Made by a program: the position numbers and the translations under genes
Source: Candidatus Sumerlaeia bacterium
GTDB lineage: Bacteria; Sumerlaeota; Sumerlaeia; SLMS01
Assembly (NCBI GenBank): GCA_038208905.1
Contig: JBBQYG010000025.1
Location: 1-34,333, forward strand
Reading direction: 5' to 3'
Length of the DNA stretch: 34,333 bases
In this document: one piece after another, positions 10,181 to 19,543 of the stretch
Layout: every line of letters starts with the position of its first letter
How positions within the stretch are numbered: position 1 is the stretch's first letter
The notes under the pieces: generated by a model
What the model saw: the letters and a program-made list of their open reading frames with translations, nothing else
The model's database searches: none
What the model was told of the DNA's origin: nothing

Positions 10181-13100
10181 TACTTGTACTCGTCCCAGCC
10201 CTTGATCAGCAGGTCCTCGACGTTGATGCGGGAGATGGCCTCGATGAAGCGCATGGCGATCTGGCGGTTGGTGATGAGGGGGACGTTGAAGTCCACCGAT
10301 GCGCGGCGGATCAGGTAGTCGTTGGTGAGCTCCTCCTCCTGGAAGTTCTTGGGGAGGTTGATCACCAGGTCCACCTTGCGCTCGCGGATCAGGTCCACCA
10401 CGTTGGGGGATGTTTTTTCCAGCGGCCAGTTGTGCTCGTCGCAGTGGATGCCGTGCTCGCGCAGGAAGGCGGCGGTGCCGTGGGTGGCGTGGATGGCAAT
10501 GCCCATGGCGTCGAGCAGGCGGGCGCTCTCCAGCAGTTCCAGCTTGGACTGTAGCACGCCGGAGGAGATCAGGATGCTCTTGATCGGCAGGCGATAGCCC
10601 ACGCAGATGAGCGCCTTCAGGAACGCCTCGTCGAAGTCCTCGCCCAGGCAGGCGACCTCGCCCGTGGAGGCCATCTCGACGCCGACCGTGGGGTCGGCGC
10701 CCTCGAGGCGGGTGAAGGAGAACTGCGGCGCCTTCACGCCGACATAGTCGATGTCATAGAAGTCGTTGTCGATCTTGGGAATCGCGCGCCCCACCACCAC
10801 GCGGGTGGCGATGTCGATGAAGTTCTGGCGCATGATCTTGGAGACGAAGGGGAAGCTGCGCGAGGCGCGCAGGTTGCATTCGATCACCTTGACCGAGTTG
10901 TTCTTGGCGATGAACTGGATGTTGAAGGGGCCGTGGATCTTGAGGCCGCGGGCGATCTTCTCGCTGATGCGGCGGATCTGGCGTATCGTCTCCAGATAGG
11001 TGCGCTGTGGCGGCAACACCAGCGTGGCGTCGCCAGAGTGAACGCCCGCGTTCTCCACGTGCTCGCTGATCGCGTGGATCACGATCTCGCCGTCGCGGGC
11101 GACGCCGTCGAACTCGATCTCCTTGGCGTTTTCCAGGAACTTGCTCATCACCACGGGGTGAACGGGGGAGACATCCGCCGCGCGCTGGAGGAAGCGGGTC
11201 AGCTCCTCCTCCGTGGTCGCAACGGCCATGGCGGCGCCGCTGAGGACGTAGGATGGCCGCACGAGGACGGGGAAGCCGACCTTGCGCGCAAAGACCAGGG
11301 CCTCCTCCACGGTGCTCAGAAGGCGCCACTCCGGCTGATCGATCTTCAACTCGTCCAACATGCTGCTGAACTTGCGGCGGTCCTCGGCCTTGTCGATATT
11401 GGCGGGCGCCGTGCCCAGGATCTTGAGCCCCGCTGCGGCCAGCTTCATCGCCAGGTTGTTGGGGACTTGACCGCCGACGGAGACGACAATGCCGAGGGGG
11501 TTGATCTTCTCGTAAACCTCGATGACCGTCTCCAGATTGATCTCGTCAAAGAACAGCTTGTCCGACTCGTCGTAGTCCGTGCTCACGGTCTCGGGATTGT
11601 AGTTGAGCATCACGGTGCTGAATCCGAGCTGACGCAGCGTCCGCGCGGTGTTGACACAGCACCAGTCGAACTCCACCGAGCTGCCGATGCGGTAGGTGCC
11701 CGAGCCGAGCACGAGGACGGAGTTGATCTCCGGGAACGCGATGTCGTCCTGCTGGGCGTGGTAGGAAAGATAGAGGTAGTTGGTCTGCGCCGGGTACTCG
11801 GCGCCGAGCGTGTCGATCTGGCGGACGTAGGGATGAACGCCCAGCGCGCGGCGATGGGCGCGGACCTCGTCCTGCGTTCCGTTGGTGAGGATGGCGATCT
11901 GCTCGTCGGAGAATCCCGCCCGCTTCGCGTCGAGCAGCAGCGGCTTTTGGATCTCGCCAATGCGGAGCTTGGTAATCGCCTGGCGTATCTCCACCACGGC
12001 GGCGATTTTGTGCAGGAACCACTCGTCGATGTGGGAGAGTTCGTGGATGCGATCCACGGTCATGCCCGCCTTCAGCGCCTCCACCACGGCGAAGATGCGC
12101 TCGTCGGTGGGCTGGCGGAGTTCCAGCTCCACATCCTCGAAGCTCCACGCCGTGTTGCCGACAAGGCCCTTGGCGCCGATCTCCAACATGCGGAGCGCCT
12201 TTTGCAGCGCCTCCTCGAAACTGCGCCCGATGGCCATGACCTCGCCGACGGACTTCATCGAGGAACCAATCTGGCGGCGGACCTTGTGGAATTTCTTCAG
12301 GTCCCAGCGCGGGATCTTCACCACGCAGTAGTCCAGCGACGGCTCATAGAAGGCCTTGGTCACGCCGGTCACGGCGTTGGCGAGCTCGTGGAGGCCGTAG
12401 CCCAGCGCCAGCTTCGTCGCGATGAAGGCGAGCGGATAGCCCGTGGCCTTGGACGCAAGCGCGGAACTGCGCGAGAGGCGCGCGTTCACCTCGATGATGC
12501 GGTATTGTTCCGAGACGGGATCAAGCGCGTACTGGATGTTGCACTCTCCGACGATGCCGAGGTGGCGGATCACGCGGATCGCGATCTCGCGCAGCATGTG
12601 GTATTCGCGGTTGCTCAGCGTCTGGCTCGGCGCGACCACGATGGACTCGCCGGTGTGGATGCCCAGCGGGTCGAAGTTCTCCATATTGCAGACGGTGATG
12701 CAGTTGTCGAAGCGGTCGCGGACGACCTCGTACTCGACTTCCTTCCAGCCGGTGAGGTACTCCTCGACGAGGACCTGCGTGGTGAAGGTGAGCGCCTTCT
12801 CTGCCCTGGCGCGAAGGGCCTCCTCGTCGGCGCATAGCCCCGACCCCAGCCCGCCGAGCGCATAGGCGATTCGCATCATCACCGGATAGCCGATTTCGCG
12901 CGCGATGCGCAGGGCGTCTTCCACCGTGCCGGCGGCCTGGCTGCGCGGGGCGAGGGCGTTGACCTCGTTGAGCCTCTTCACGAAAAGGTCGCGGTCCTCC
13001 GTCTCGCGAATCGCGCGGACGGGCGTGCCGAGCACGCGGACGTTGTACTTGGCGAGCACGCCGGTCTCGTCCAGCGCGAGGCCGCAGTTCAGGGCCGTCT

Positions 13101-13371
13101 GGCCCCCGAAGCTCAGCAGCAACCCATCGGGCCGCTCCTTCGCGATGATCTTCTCCACGAAGTACGGCGTCACCGGCAGGAAATAGATGCGGTCCGCCAG
13201 ATGCTCGCTCGTCTGGATGGTGGCGATGTTGGGATTGATGAGGACAACGTGGATGCCCTCCTCCTTGAGCGCCTTGATGGCCTGGCTGCCGGAGTAGTCG
13301 AACTCGCCGGCCTCGCCGATCTTGAGGGCGGAGCTGCCGAGGATGACGACTTTATTGATCGATTCGGTCAT
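10180..13371 (-). CDS. carB: Carbamoyl-phosphate synthase large subunit
   Basis: IGEAGEFDYSGSQA, two ATP-grasp halves (EVNARLSRSSALASKATGYPLA; ECNLRASRSFPF), C-terminal MGS domain; 1063 aa. Confidence 0.97.
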   Translation of the reverse strand: MTESINKVVILGSSALKIGEAGEFDYSGSQAIKALKEEGIHVVLINPNIATIQTSEHLADRIYFLPVTPYFVEKIIAKERPDGLLLSFGGQTALNCGLALDETGVLAKYNVRVLGTPVRAIRETEDRDLFVKRLNEVNALAPRSQAAGTVEDALRIAREIGYPVMMRIAYALGGLGSGLCADEEALRARAEKALTFTTQVLVEEYLTGWKEVEYEVVRDRFDNCITVCNMENFDPLGIHTGESIVVAPSQTLSNREYHMLREIAIRVIRHLGIVGECNIQYALDPVSEQYRIIEVNARLSRSSALASKATGYPLAFIATKLALGYGLHELANAVTGVTKAFYEPSLDYCVVKIPRWDLKKFHKVRRQIGSSMKSVGEVMAIGRSFEEALQKALRMLEIGAKGLVGNTAWSFEDVELELRQPTDERIFAVVEALKAGMTVDRIHELSHIDEWFLHKIAAVVEIRQAITKLRIGEIQKPLLLDAKRAGFSDEQIAILTNGTQDEVRAHRRALGVHPYVRQIDTLGAEYPAQTNYLYLSYHAQQDDIAFPEINSVLVLGSGTYRIGSSVEFDWCCVNTARTLRQLGFSTVMLNYNPETVSTDYDESDKLFFDEINLETVIEVYEKINPLGIVVSVGGQVPNNLAMKLAAAGLKILGTAPANIDKAEDRRKFSSMLDELKIDQPEWRLLSTVEEALVFARKVGFPVLVRPSYVLSGAAMAVATTEEELTRFLQRAADVSPVHPVVMSKFLENAKEIEFDGVARDGEIVIHAISEHVENAGVHSGDATLVLPPQRTYLETIRQIRRISEKIARGLKIHGPFNIQFIAKNNSVKVIECNLRASRSFPFVSKIMRQNFIDIATRVVVGRAIPKIDNDFYDIDYVGVKAPQFSFTRLEGADPTVGVEMASTGEVACLGEDFDEAFLKALICVGYRLPIKSILISSGVLQSKLELLESARLLDAMGIAIHATHGTAAFLREHGIHCDEHNWPLEKTSPNVVDLIRERKVDLVINLPKNFQEEELTNDYLIRRASVDFNVPLITNRQIAMRFIEAISRINVEDLLIKGWDEYK

Positions 13372-13387
13372 GGGTTGCCTCTAACGA

Positions 13388-13415
13388 GCCGCGGATTGCG
13401 CGGATATCGCGGATT
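13388..13415. repeat. 9-bp tandem array (NCGCGGATN x3), downstream arm of the GxxExxY gene
   Basis: G CCGCGGATT GCGCGGATA TCGCGGATT; inverted relative to 13822-13840 and 13898-13914. Confidence 0.85.
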
Positions 13416-13418
13416 TGG

Positions 13419-13811
13419 TCAGCGTGGGGGTAGTCGCTTGCGGGAATTCTCGAGGACTATTCTCTTTAACTCTGGCTTGGGCCCCAAATTTAGGATCAGC
13501 CCGACCTCGCAGTAAGTCGCCCTCAGATATCCCATCACTTGGGCCTCGTGATCCGGAATTATGGCACGGCAAGCCTTCAGTTCTAGGATTACAAGGTCCG
13601 CCGCGACGAGGTCGAGAAACTGCTCCCCGATGCAATGCCCCCGAAAGTAAACGGGCGCGGGCACCTCGCGGGCGGCCGCCAGTCCGGCGTCTTGAAGGGC
13701 GATCAGCATGGCTCGGTGATAGTGGATTTCCCGGAAACCATGTCCCAGCTCGTTGTAAGTCTCATAAAAGACCCCGATGATCTTCTCGGTAAGCTCTTCA
13801 TGCAGCAGCAT
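13419..13811 (-). CDS. GxxExxY protein (predicted PD-(D/E)xK nuclease fold)
   Basis: MLLHEELTEKIIG...ELGHGFREIHY (G-F-R-E-I-H-Y motif), DLVAADLVILELKA, HEAQVMGYL, GLILNLG; lies between carA and carB. Start ATG 13811 (alternative TTG 13823). Confidence 0.9.
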   Translation of the reverse strand: MLLHEELTEKIIGVFYETYNELGHGFREIHYHRAMLIALQDAGLAAAREVPAPVYFRGHCIGEQFLDLVAADLVILELKACRAIIPDHEAQVMGYLRATYCEVGLILNLGPKPELKRIVLENSRKRLPPR

Positions 13812-13821
13812 GGTCGTTTCC

Positions 13822-13914
13822 AATCCGCGTCATCCGCGGCCCCACTTTTTTTGTCGCCTGATCTGCGACCCAACCTTCCGTCAACACCCGCTTCCAGTCC
13901 GCGTCATCCGCGGC
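13822..13914. repeat. Two copies of the 9-bp array forming the upstream arm(s) of the GxxExxY gene
   Basis: TCCGCGTCATCCGCGGC is present exactly at 13824-13840 and 13898-13914; reverse complement GCCGCGGATGACGCGGA matches the downstream arm. Confidence 0.85.
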
Positions 13915-13934
13915 GCTGTGTGTTTCCCCGCGGC

Positions 13935-15059
13935 TCAGCCCTTCTTCACCATGTCCACAAACTCGTCAAACAGGTACTCCGTGTCCACCGGACCCGGGGC
14001 CGCCTCGGGGTGAAACTGGCAGCTGCGGATGGGGAGGCTGGTGTGGCGGATGCCCTCGTTGGTGCCGTCGTTGAGGTTGGTGAACCAGATTTTCCAGCCC
14101 TCGGGAAGGCTGTCGGGATTCACGGCGTAGCCGTGGTTCTGGGAGGTGATGTAGCAGCGGCGCGTGTCTTCCTCGATCACCGGCTGGTTCTGGCTGCGGT
14201 GGCCGTACTTGAGCTTGTAGGTGTCGGCGCCGATCGCCAGCGACAGGAGCTGGTGGCCGAGGCAGATTCCGAAGACGGGCACGTTGCGCGTCAGCAGGCG
14301 GCGGATTTGGTGCACGGTTGCCTTACACATCTTGGGATCGCCGGGGCCGTTGGTCAGCATCACGCCGTCGAATTTTTCGGCGGAGAGATCGTGATCCCAC
14401 GGCACGCGCAGCACCTCGACGCCGCGCGTTGTCAGGCTCTCGATGATGTTGTTCTTTCCGCCGCAATCCACCACGACGATGCGCTTGGCGCCGGTGCCGT
14501 ACTTGATCGGCGCGGCGACGCTGACGAGGGGCATCAGGTTGACGGAGTTCGGATCGTAGTCCTTGGCCGGCTGGCCCTCGAACTCGATGCGGCCCAGCAT
14601 CGTGCCGCTCTCGCGCAGGCGCATCGTCAGCGCGCGGGTGTCCACGCCGGTGATGGCGGGGATCTTCTGCTCCTTCAGCCAGTCGCCCAGCGATTTTGCC
14701 GCGTCCCAGTGGCTGTAGCGCGCGGAGTAGTCGCTCACCACCAGGCCCTGAATCTGGATCCTGCCCGACTCAAAGGGCAGGCCCAGCGGGCACCCCTCGC
14801 GGACGCGCGGCACACCGTAGTTCCCGACCATCGGGTAGGTGAGGACCAGGATCTGTCCCGCATAGGAGGGATCGGTCAGCGTCTCGGGATAGCCGACCAT
14901 GCCGGTGTTGAAGACGACCTCTCCGGCGATGGAGCCCTCGTGGCCAAAGCTGCGTCCCGTGACCGACGATCCATCGGCGAGCAGGAGTCGGGCCTCGCCT
15001 TGCAACGGCTTCCCCGGGTTCTGCTGTCCTACGGGGGCCGTGGCGGTGCCTGATGCCAT
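13935..15059 (-). CDS. carA: Carbamoyl-phosphate synthase small subunit
   Basis: GEVVFNTGMVGYPETLTDPSYAGQ, NGPGDP, GICLGHQ (catalytic Cys), QFHPE; AAGGAG before ATG 15059. Confidence 0.96.
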   Translation of the reverse strand: MASGTATAPVGQQNPGKPLQGEARLLLADGSSVTGRSFGHEGSIAGEVVFNTGMVGYPETLTDPSYAGQILVLTYPMVGNYGVPRVREGCPLGLPFESGRIQIQGLVVSDYSARYSHWDAAKSLGDWLKEQKIPAITGVDTRALTMRLRESGTMLGRIEFEGQPAKDYDPNSVNLMPLVSVAAPIKYGTGAKRIVVVDCGGKNNIIESLTTRGVEVLRVPWDHDLSAEKFDGVMLTNGPGDPKMCKATVHQIRRLLTRNVPVFGICLGHQLLSLAIGADTYKLKYGHRSQNQPVIEEDTRRCYITSQNHGYAVNPDSLPEGWKIWFTNLNDGTNEGIRHTSLPIRSCQFHPEAAPGPVDTEYLFDEFVDMVKKG

Positions 15060-15237
15060 GAGGGAAACTCCTTCTCGGGGGTGCCGGGTGCTTGTTTTGG
15101 GAAGAACCAAAAATTTCTCGGAACCTACCCAAAACTGCGGAGATAAGGGGCACGCGCCCCCCCGGGGTCAAGGTCGCAGGGGCCGCGCCACCGTCTTTTT
15201 TCGCCGGAATATGCCGCCAAGCAAGAACGAAGGTTGC

Positions 15238-15449
15238 CAGGGAGAACACCGAGCGCACGGAGATTCGGCTCAGCCGTTTGACCAGAACCCCACTATTGTG
15301 CCCACAAGCCAGCAACGAGAGCTTTGACCTTACTGACCGGAGGGACCGAATTGACTGCGTCTGCGGTCCCCATCGCCGGAATCTGGGTTGGGGGCACACT
15401 ATGCCATTCTCTCGTGTTGTTTTCCGCGCCCTCGGTGTCCTCCGTGGTT
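15238..15449. repeat. Inverted pair of 9-bp arrays enclosing about 160 bp
   Basis: Left CAGGGAGAA CACCGAGCG CACGGAGAT (15238-15264); right TCCGCGCCC TCGGTGTCC TCCGTGGTT (15423-15449), whose reverse complement reads CACGGAGGA CACCGAGGG CGCGGA. Confidence 0.65.
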
Positions 15450-15503
15450 CCCGCTTTTTTTCTACCGTTGCCCGTCAGCGCGCTGTCACGCTTGGCTCTC
15501 CGC

Positions 15504-16244
15504 ATGATCGCCTCCGCCTTGGAGAAACTTCTCTCCCACGACCTCCTCTTCGTCACCGGCACCGACACCGGCGTGGGCAAGACGGTGCTTACCACCGCGA
15601 TCGCGACCCACTGGAAACGCGGCGGTCACGAGGTCTGCGCCGTGAAGCCCGTCGCTGCCGGCGATGGAGCGATTCGCGGCGGCCATTGGGTGTGCGATGA
15701 CTCCCGGGCGAGCGGCGCGGCGTGTACCCCGGCGGGGGCCGCGTTGCTGGAGAGCATCCTGGGCGTCGCCCACGACTCACCCATGATCGGGCTCAGCCAG
15801 CCGATCGCGCCGTGGTCCGCCGCCGAGCTGGATCAGCGCGTCATCGATGTTGCCGGAATGAAGCGCGATCTGCGCCGCCTTGCGCGGGCCGCCCGACGCA
15901 GCAATATCAGGCTCATCATCGAGGGCGCTGGCGGCATCCTCGTCCCCCTCGGCCCCCGCCATACCATGGCCGACCTCGCCAGGTCGCTCCGCGCGCCCGT
16001 CGTCGTCATTGCGCGCAGCGCCCTCGGCACCATCAACCACACGCTGCTGACGCTGGAGGCGCTGGACCACCGGGGCATCCCGGTCGCCGGAGTGATCCTG
16101 AATCGCATGCGGGGCGGATGCCTCTCCGCCGCCGAGTCCGCCGGAGTGCGCGAGCTGTCGATCCTCGTGCCGCGCGCCACGCCGCTGCTGATCGCGGGAA
16201 GGGCGGGGCGGGGCGGGGTGGGGATGGTGGATGCGCGGGGGTAG
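15504..16244 (+). CDS. bioD: Dethiobiotin synthase
   Basis: LFVTGTDTGVGKT, KPVAAG, IAPWSAA, IIEGAGGILVP, LGTINHTLLT. Confidence 0.92.
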   Translation: MIASALEKLLSHDLLFVTGTDTGVGKTVLTTAIATHWKRGGHEVCAVKPVAAGDGAIRGGHWVCDDSRASGAACTPAGAALLESILGVAHDSPMIGLSQPIAPWSAAELDQRVIDVAGMKRDLRRLARAARRSNIRLIIEGAGGILVPLGPRHTMADLARSLRAPVVVIARSALGTINHTLLTLEALDHRGIPVAGVILNRMRGGCLSAAESAGVRELSILVPRATPLLIAGRAGRGGVGMVDARG

Positions 16245-16323
16245 GGGCCGCAGCGCGATTTTCGCTTTTCAGGAGCCCAAGGCTCTGCGCACCATGTTCT
16301 TAGGAATTGCCAAGGAGCACAGA

Positions 16324-16563
16324 ATGGACTGGCGCCCTCACATTTCGCAGGATCCAGCGGTTCTCAGGGGAAAGCCCTGTATCAAGGGGACCCGCATCTC
16401 CGTTGAGCTCATCGTTGAGGACATGGCCGATGGGGCCACCATCGATGTGATTCTTTCCTCGTATCCCTTCCTCGCGAGAGATCAAGTGCGGGCGGCATTG
16501 GCCTACGCGGCTGCCTCGCTTTCGAGCGAGCTGATGATCAACGCCGAAACAGCCAATTCTTGA
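16324..16563 (+). CDS. DUF433 protein (putative antitoxin)
   Basis: ISQDPAVLRGKPCIKGTRISVELI...YPFLARDQVRAALAYAA; AAGGAG upstream; overlaps the PIN gene (TTGA). Confidence 0.9.
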   Translation: MDWRPHISQDPAVLRGKPCIKGTRISVELIVEDMADGATIDVILSSYPFLARDQVRAALAYAAASLSSELMINAETANS

Positions 16564-16928
16564 AGTTCCTCATCGATGCAAATGTCGAGCAGGCAATGAT
16601 CGCGTGGCTCGAGGCTGAAGGTCACGACCTACTGATTGCCAACCGCATCGAGCTAGGCGCGCCGGACGATGCACTTCTGCGCCTCGCTATTGAACACGGG
16701 CGCATCATTGTGACGCGTGACAAGGACTTCGGCGATTTGGTCTTCCGAGACTTGCACGGCGCGTCTGGAATCGTGCTCATAAGAATCTCCACCGTGTCTG
16801 GCAACCCTTTGGAGCGCCTAGGCATCCTCAAGCAAAGCTGGCCAGTCATCGCCGAGCACGCCATGGGCAACCTCGTCTTGGTCACCCGCGACCGAATCAG
16901 GATCAGGCCACTCTCACGTCGAGCTTAA
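16560..16928 (+). CDS. DUF5615/VapC45-like PIN-domain protein (putative toxin)
   Basis: MKFLIDANV, GAPDDALL, RIIVTRDKDFGDLVF, GIVLIR, RIRIRPL. Confidence 0.88.
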   Translation: MKFLIDANVEQAMIAWLEAEGHDLLIANRIELGAPDDALLRLAIEHGRIIVTRDKDFGDLVFRDLHGASGIVLIRISTVSGNPLERLGILKQSWPVIAEHAMGNLVLVTRDRIRIRPLSRRA

Positions 16929-17110
16929 GAGCAACGGGATTAGGTGTTCAGTCCCGGAGTGGCATGGCGAGGTTATCCGCCAGTCTGCTATGGATACGCG
17001 CCCCCCCTCCGCCGGAAATTCCTTGCGGGCTTGCGGTCCGGGCAAAAGTCTTGGCCTTGTTGTGGCCCCGCGCCGCGCGACTCGCCCTGGAATAGGAGAA
17101 CCGCCGTTCG

Positions 17111-18166
17111 ATGACCGACAAGCCCGCTTCCGCCGACGGTACCGAGCCCCTTCTGGAGATCCGCGACCTGAGGACGTATTTCCACGGGGAGGATTCCATC
17201 GCCAAGGCGGTGGATGGCGTGAGCTATCGGGTGGGGAAGCGGCGGACGCTTGGCATTGTGGGGGAGTCGGGCTCGGGGAAGTCGGTGACGGCGCTGAGCG
17301 TGATGCGCCTGGTGCAGAAGCCGGCGGGGCGCATCGCGAGCGGGGAGATCCTGTTCAAGGGGCGTGATCTGCTGAAGCTCTCGGAGCGGGAGATACGCAA
17401 GATCCGCGGGAACCAGATCTCGATGATCTTTCAGGAGCCGATGACGTCGCTGAATCCGGTGTTCACCATCGGCGACCAGATCGGCGAGGTGTTTCGCATC
17501 CACCGCAAGATGAGCCGCAAGGAGTCGCTGAAGGAGGCCGTGCGGATGCTGGAACTCGTCCGCATTCCGGCCGCCGCGACGCGCGTGCACGATTATCCGC
17601 ATCAGATGTCGGGGGGCATGCGCCAGCGCGTGATGATTGCGATGGCGCTGGGCTGCAATCCCGACCTGCTGATCGCCGACGAGCCCACGACGGCGCTGGA
17701 CGTGACGGTGCAGGCCCAGATTCTGGACCTGATGGCGGGGCTGAAGGAGACCTATGGCTCTTCGATCCTGATGATCACGCACGACCTGGGCGTGATCGCA
17801 GAGATCAGCGACGAGGTGGCCGTGATGTACGCCGGCCAGATCGTGGAGTACGCCAAGACCGACGACCTTTTCGAAACGCCGATGCACCCCTACACGATGG
17901 GCCTGCTGGAGTCTCGTCCGCGCCTGAGCGATTCCATCGAACACACGCGCCTGACGCCGATCCTGGGCTCCGTGCCGAGCCCGACGAAGCATCCCACTGG
18001 GTGCCGGTTCCATCCGCGATGTCCGTTCTCCACGCAGGAATGCCACAACGAGGCGCCGGAGATGCGCGAGCTGATGCCTGGGCACACGGTGCGCTGCCAT
18101 TGGGCTGAAAAGATTCTGGAAGGGAAGGCGAACCGCCATACGGCGGAGATGCGGGTTCTGGGATGA
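17111..18166 (+). CDS. Oligopeptide/dipeptide ABC transporter ATP-binding subunit (OppD/DppD-like)
   Basis: [51 protein letters not shown] tail; AGGAG upstream. Confidence 0.93.
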   Translation: MTDKPASADGTEPLLEIRDLRTYFHGEDSIAKAVDGVSYRVGKRRTLGIVGESGSGKSVTALSVMRLVQKPAGRIASGEILFKGRDLLKLSEREIRKIRGNQISMIFQEPMTSLNPVFTIGDQIGEVFRIHRKMSRKESLKEAVRMLELVRIPAAATRVHDYPHQMSGGMRQRVMIAMALGCNPDLLIADEPTTALDVTVQAQILDLMAGLKETYGSSILMITHDLGVIAEISDEVAVMYAGQIVEYAKTDDLFETPMHPYTMGLLESRPRLSDSIEHTRLTPILGSVPSPTKHPTGCRFHPRCPFSTQECHNEAPEMRELMPGHTVRCHWAEKILEGKANRHTAEMRVLG

Positions 18167-19119
18167 GGCCGTGGCTGCCGGGTGTGGTCGCCGCGATGGT
18201 GCTGCTCTCCGGTGGCTCCTCCGCGGAACCTGTTTATGCGTACTACCTTTCCACAACGGAGCGCGCGGTCCTGCTCAATCCGCGGGGCGGTAACGGGAGC
18301 GGCTCGGGGACGGTGTTTGACCCGAGGACCGGCGTGGTCGAGCATACCTTTTCCCGCGTCGATGGGCGCGTAACGGCGGTGGCGGCGCACAACGATGGCG
18401 CTCTCGTCTTCTTTGGAACCGACGAGGGGATTGTGGAGTCCTGGGACACCGGCTCGATGGCGCGCCGCCGGCGCTTTCGCGGACTGAAGGCCTCCATCGC
18501 GTGTATAGACGTCCCCCAGCGCGGCAACGACATTGCGGCGGCGGATGCGATGGGTAATGTGATCGTCTGGCCCGGCGACCTCGCCAGCGCGCGGGTTCGC
18601 CTGGTGGGCGATGGAGTTCCCGCCACCGCCATCGCCATCGATTCCGACAACGGGATCCTCGCGGTCGCCGACGAAACGGGCGTGATCCGCGTCCACCGTT
18701 GGCGCGAGGATCGTGAGATGTATCGCCTGAGGCTGGATGGAACCCACGCGACGGCCATGGAGTTCAGTGGCGACGGGGAGAAGCTGCTGGTGGGAACCGA
18801 GGATGGAACGGTCGAGTTTCGCCAGTCGGAGGATGGCGCGCTCCTGCGCTCCCAGCTTGGACACCGGGGAGCCGTGCGGGCGATTGCGGTCGCGCCGATC
18901 GCTGGCAATGTGGCCTCGGTGTCGGCGGATGGCGATATCCTGCTTTGGTCGCTTTCGACCTATGCACAGTCGGGGGAAATGGGTGGCGGGCCTCCGCTTT
19001 GCGACATCCAGTATTCCCCGAACTCGGAAGAATTGATGGCCACCGGCGAGGACGGCACTGTGCGGACGTATTCCGTGGCGGGGCGTTTCGAGACGGGCGT
19101 CCTGACTGTAGGCGAGTAG
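18163..19119 (+). CDS. Secreted WD40-repeat beta-propeller protein
   Basis: Signal-peptide-like N-terminus; repeats such as GTDEGIVESWD, GHRGAVRAIA...SADGDILLWS, TGEDGTVRTY; ATGA overlap with the ABC gene. Confidence 0.8.
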   Translation: MRPWLPGVVAAMVLLSGGSSAEPVYAYYLSTTERAVLLNPRGGNGSGSGTVFDPRTGVVEHTFSRVDGRVTAVAAHNDGALVFFGTDEGIVESWDTGSMARRRRFRGLKASIACIDVPQRGNDIAAADAMGNVIVWPGDLASARVRLVGDGVPATAIAIDSDNGILAVADETGVIRVHRWREDREMYRLRLDGTHATAMEFSGDGEKLLVGTEDGTVEFRQSEDGALLRSQLGHRGAVRAIAVAPIAGNVASVSADGDILLWSLSTYAQSGEMGGGPPLCDIQYSPNSEELMATGEDGTVRTYSVAGRFETGVLTVGE

Positions 19120-19219
19120 GGGCCGCGCGTCTTTCCGCTCGCCACGCTGGCGTGAAGTCTCCATTGGTTTGCACCATCGCGGCGGCCTACTGCGCCACCG
19201 TGCCTCGAAAGGATTTCGG

Positions 19220-19543
19220 ATGATCTGGAAACTATTCCCCGTGGCCGCGCTGGCCGTGGCCGCGCTGATGGGATGCGGCGGAGCAAAGCCGATCGTCGCC
19301 ATCGTCGAAGAGCCGACGGCCCCCGCTCCCGCCCCCGATCCGGTCGCGACTCGCATTGCCTATCAGCCAACCGCTGGCGTCACGCGCGCAGAGGCCGAGG
19401 CCGTCATCGGCCCCGCGTCGTGGACTGGGTGGACGAAGGAGGGGAACCTGCTCTGCCGCTATCAAATCGAGGGCGCCCCAGAGGGCATCGTGAAGTCCAT
19501 CATTTATGACCGCGACGGCAAGGCCGTGGAGTGGTACCGATGA
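19220..19543 (+). CDS. Small lipoprotein (possibly SmpA/BamE-like fold)
   Basis: Lipobox ALMGC, Pro-rich linker, GVTRAEAEAVIGPA motif; AAAGGA upstream. Confidence 0.6.
   Translation: MIWKLFPVAALAVAALMGCGGAKPIVAIVEEPTAPAPAPDPVATRIAYQPTAGVTRAEAEAVIGPASWTGWTKEGNLLCRYQIEGAPEGIVKSIIYDRDGKAVEWYR

Noticed and set aside
10933-12837. Long antisense ORFs (634 aa here; also 604-1704, 7812-9098, 13635-15053, 25878-27812, 33005-34270)
   Set aside because: They mirror well-supported genes on the other strand, an expected shadow in high-GC coding DNA, and show no recognisable motifs.
15060-15237. Pyrimidine attenuator or riboswitch upstream of carA
   Set aside because: No PyrR-binding loop or terminator/antiterminator pair could be identified by eye; a covariance-model search would be needed.
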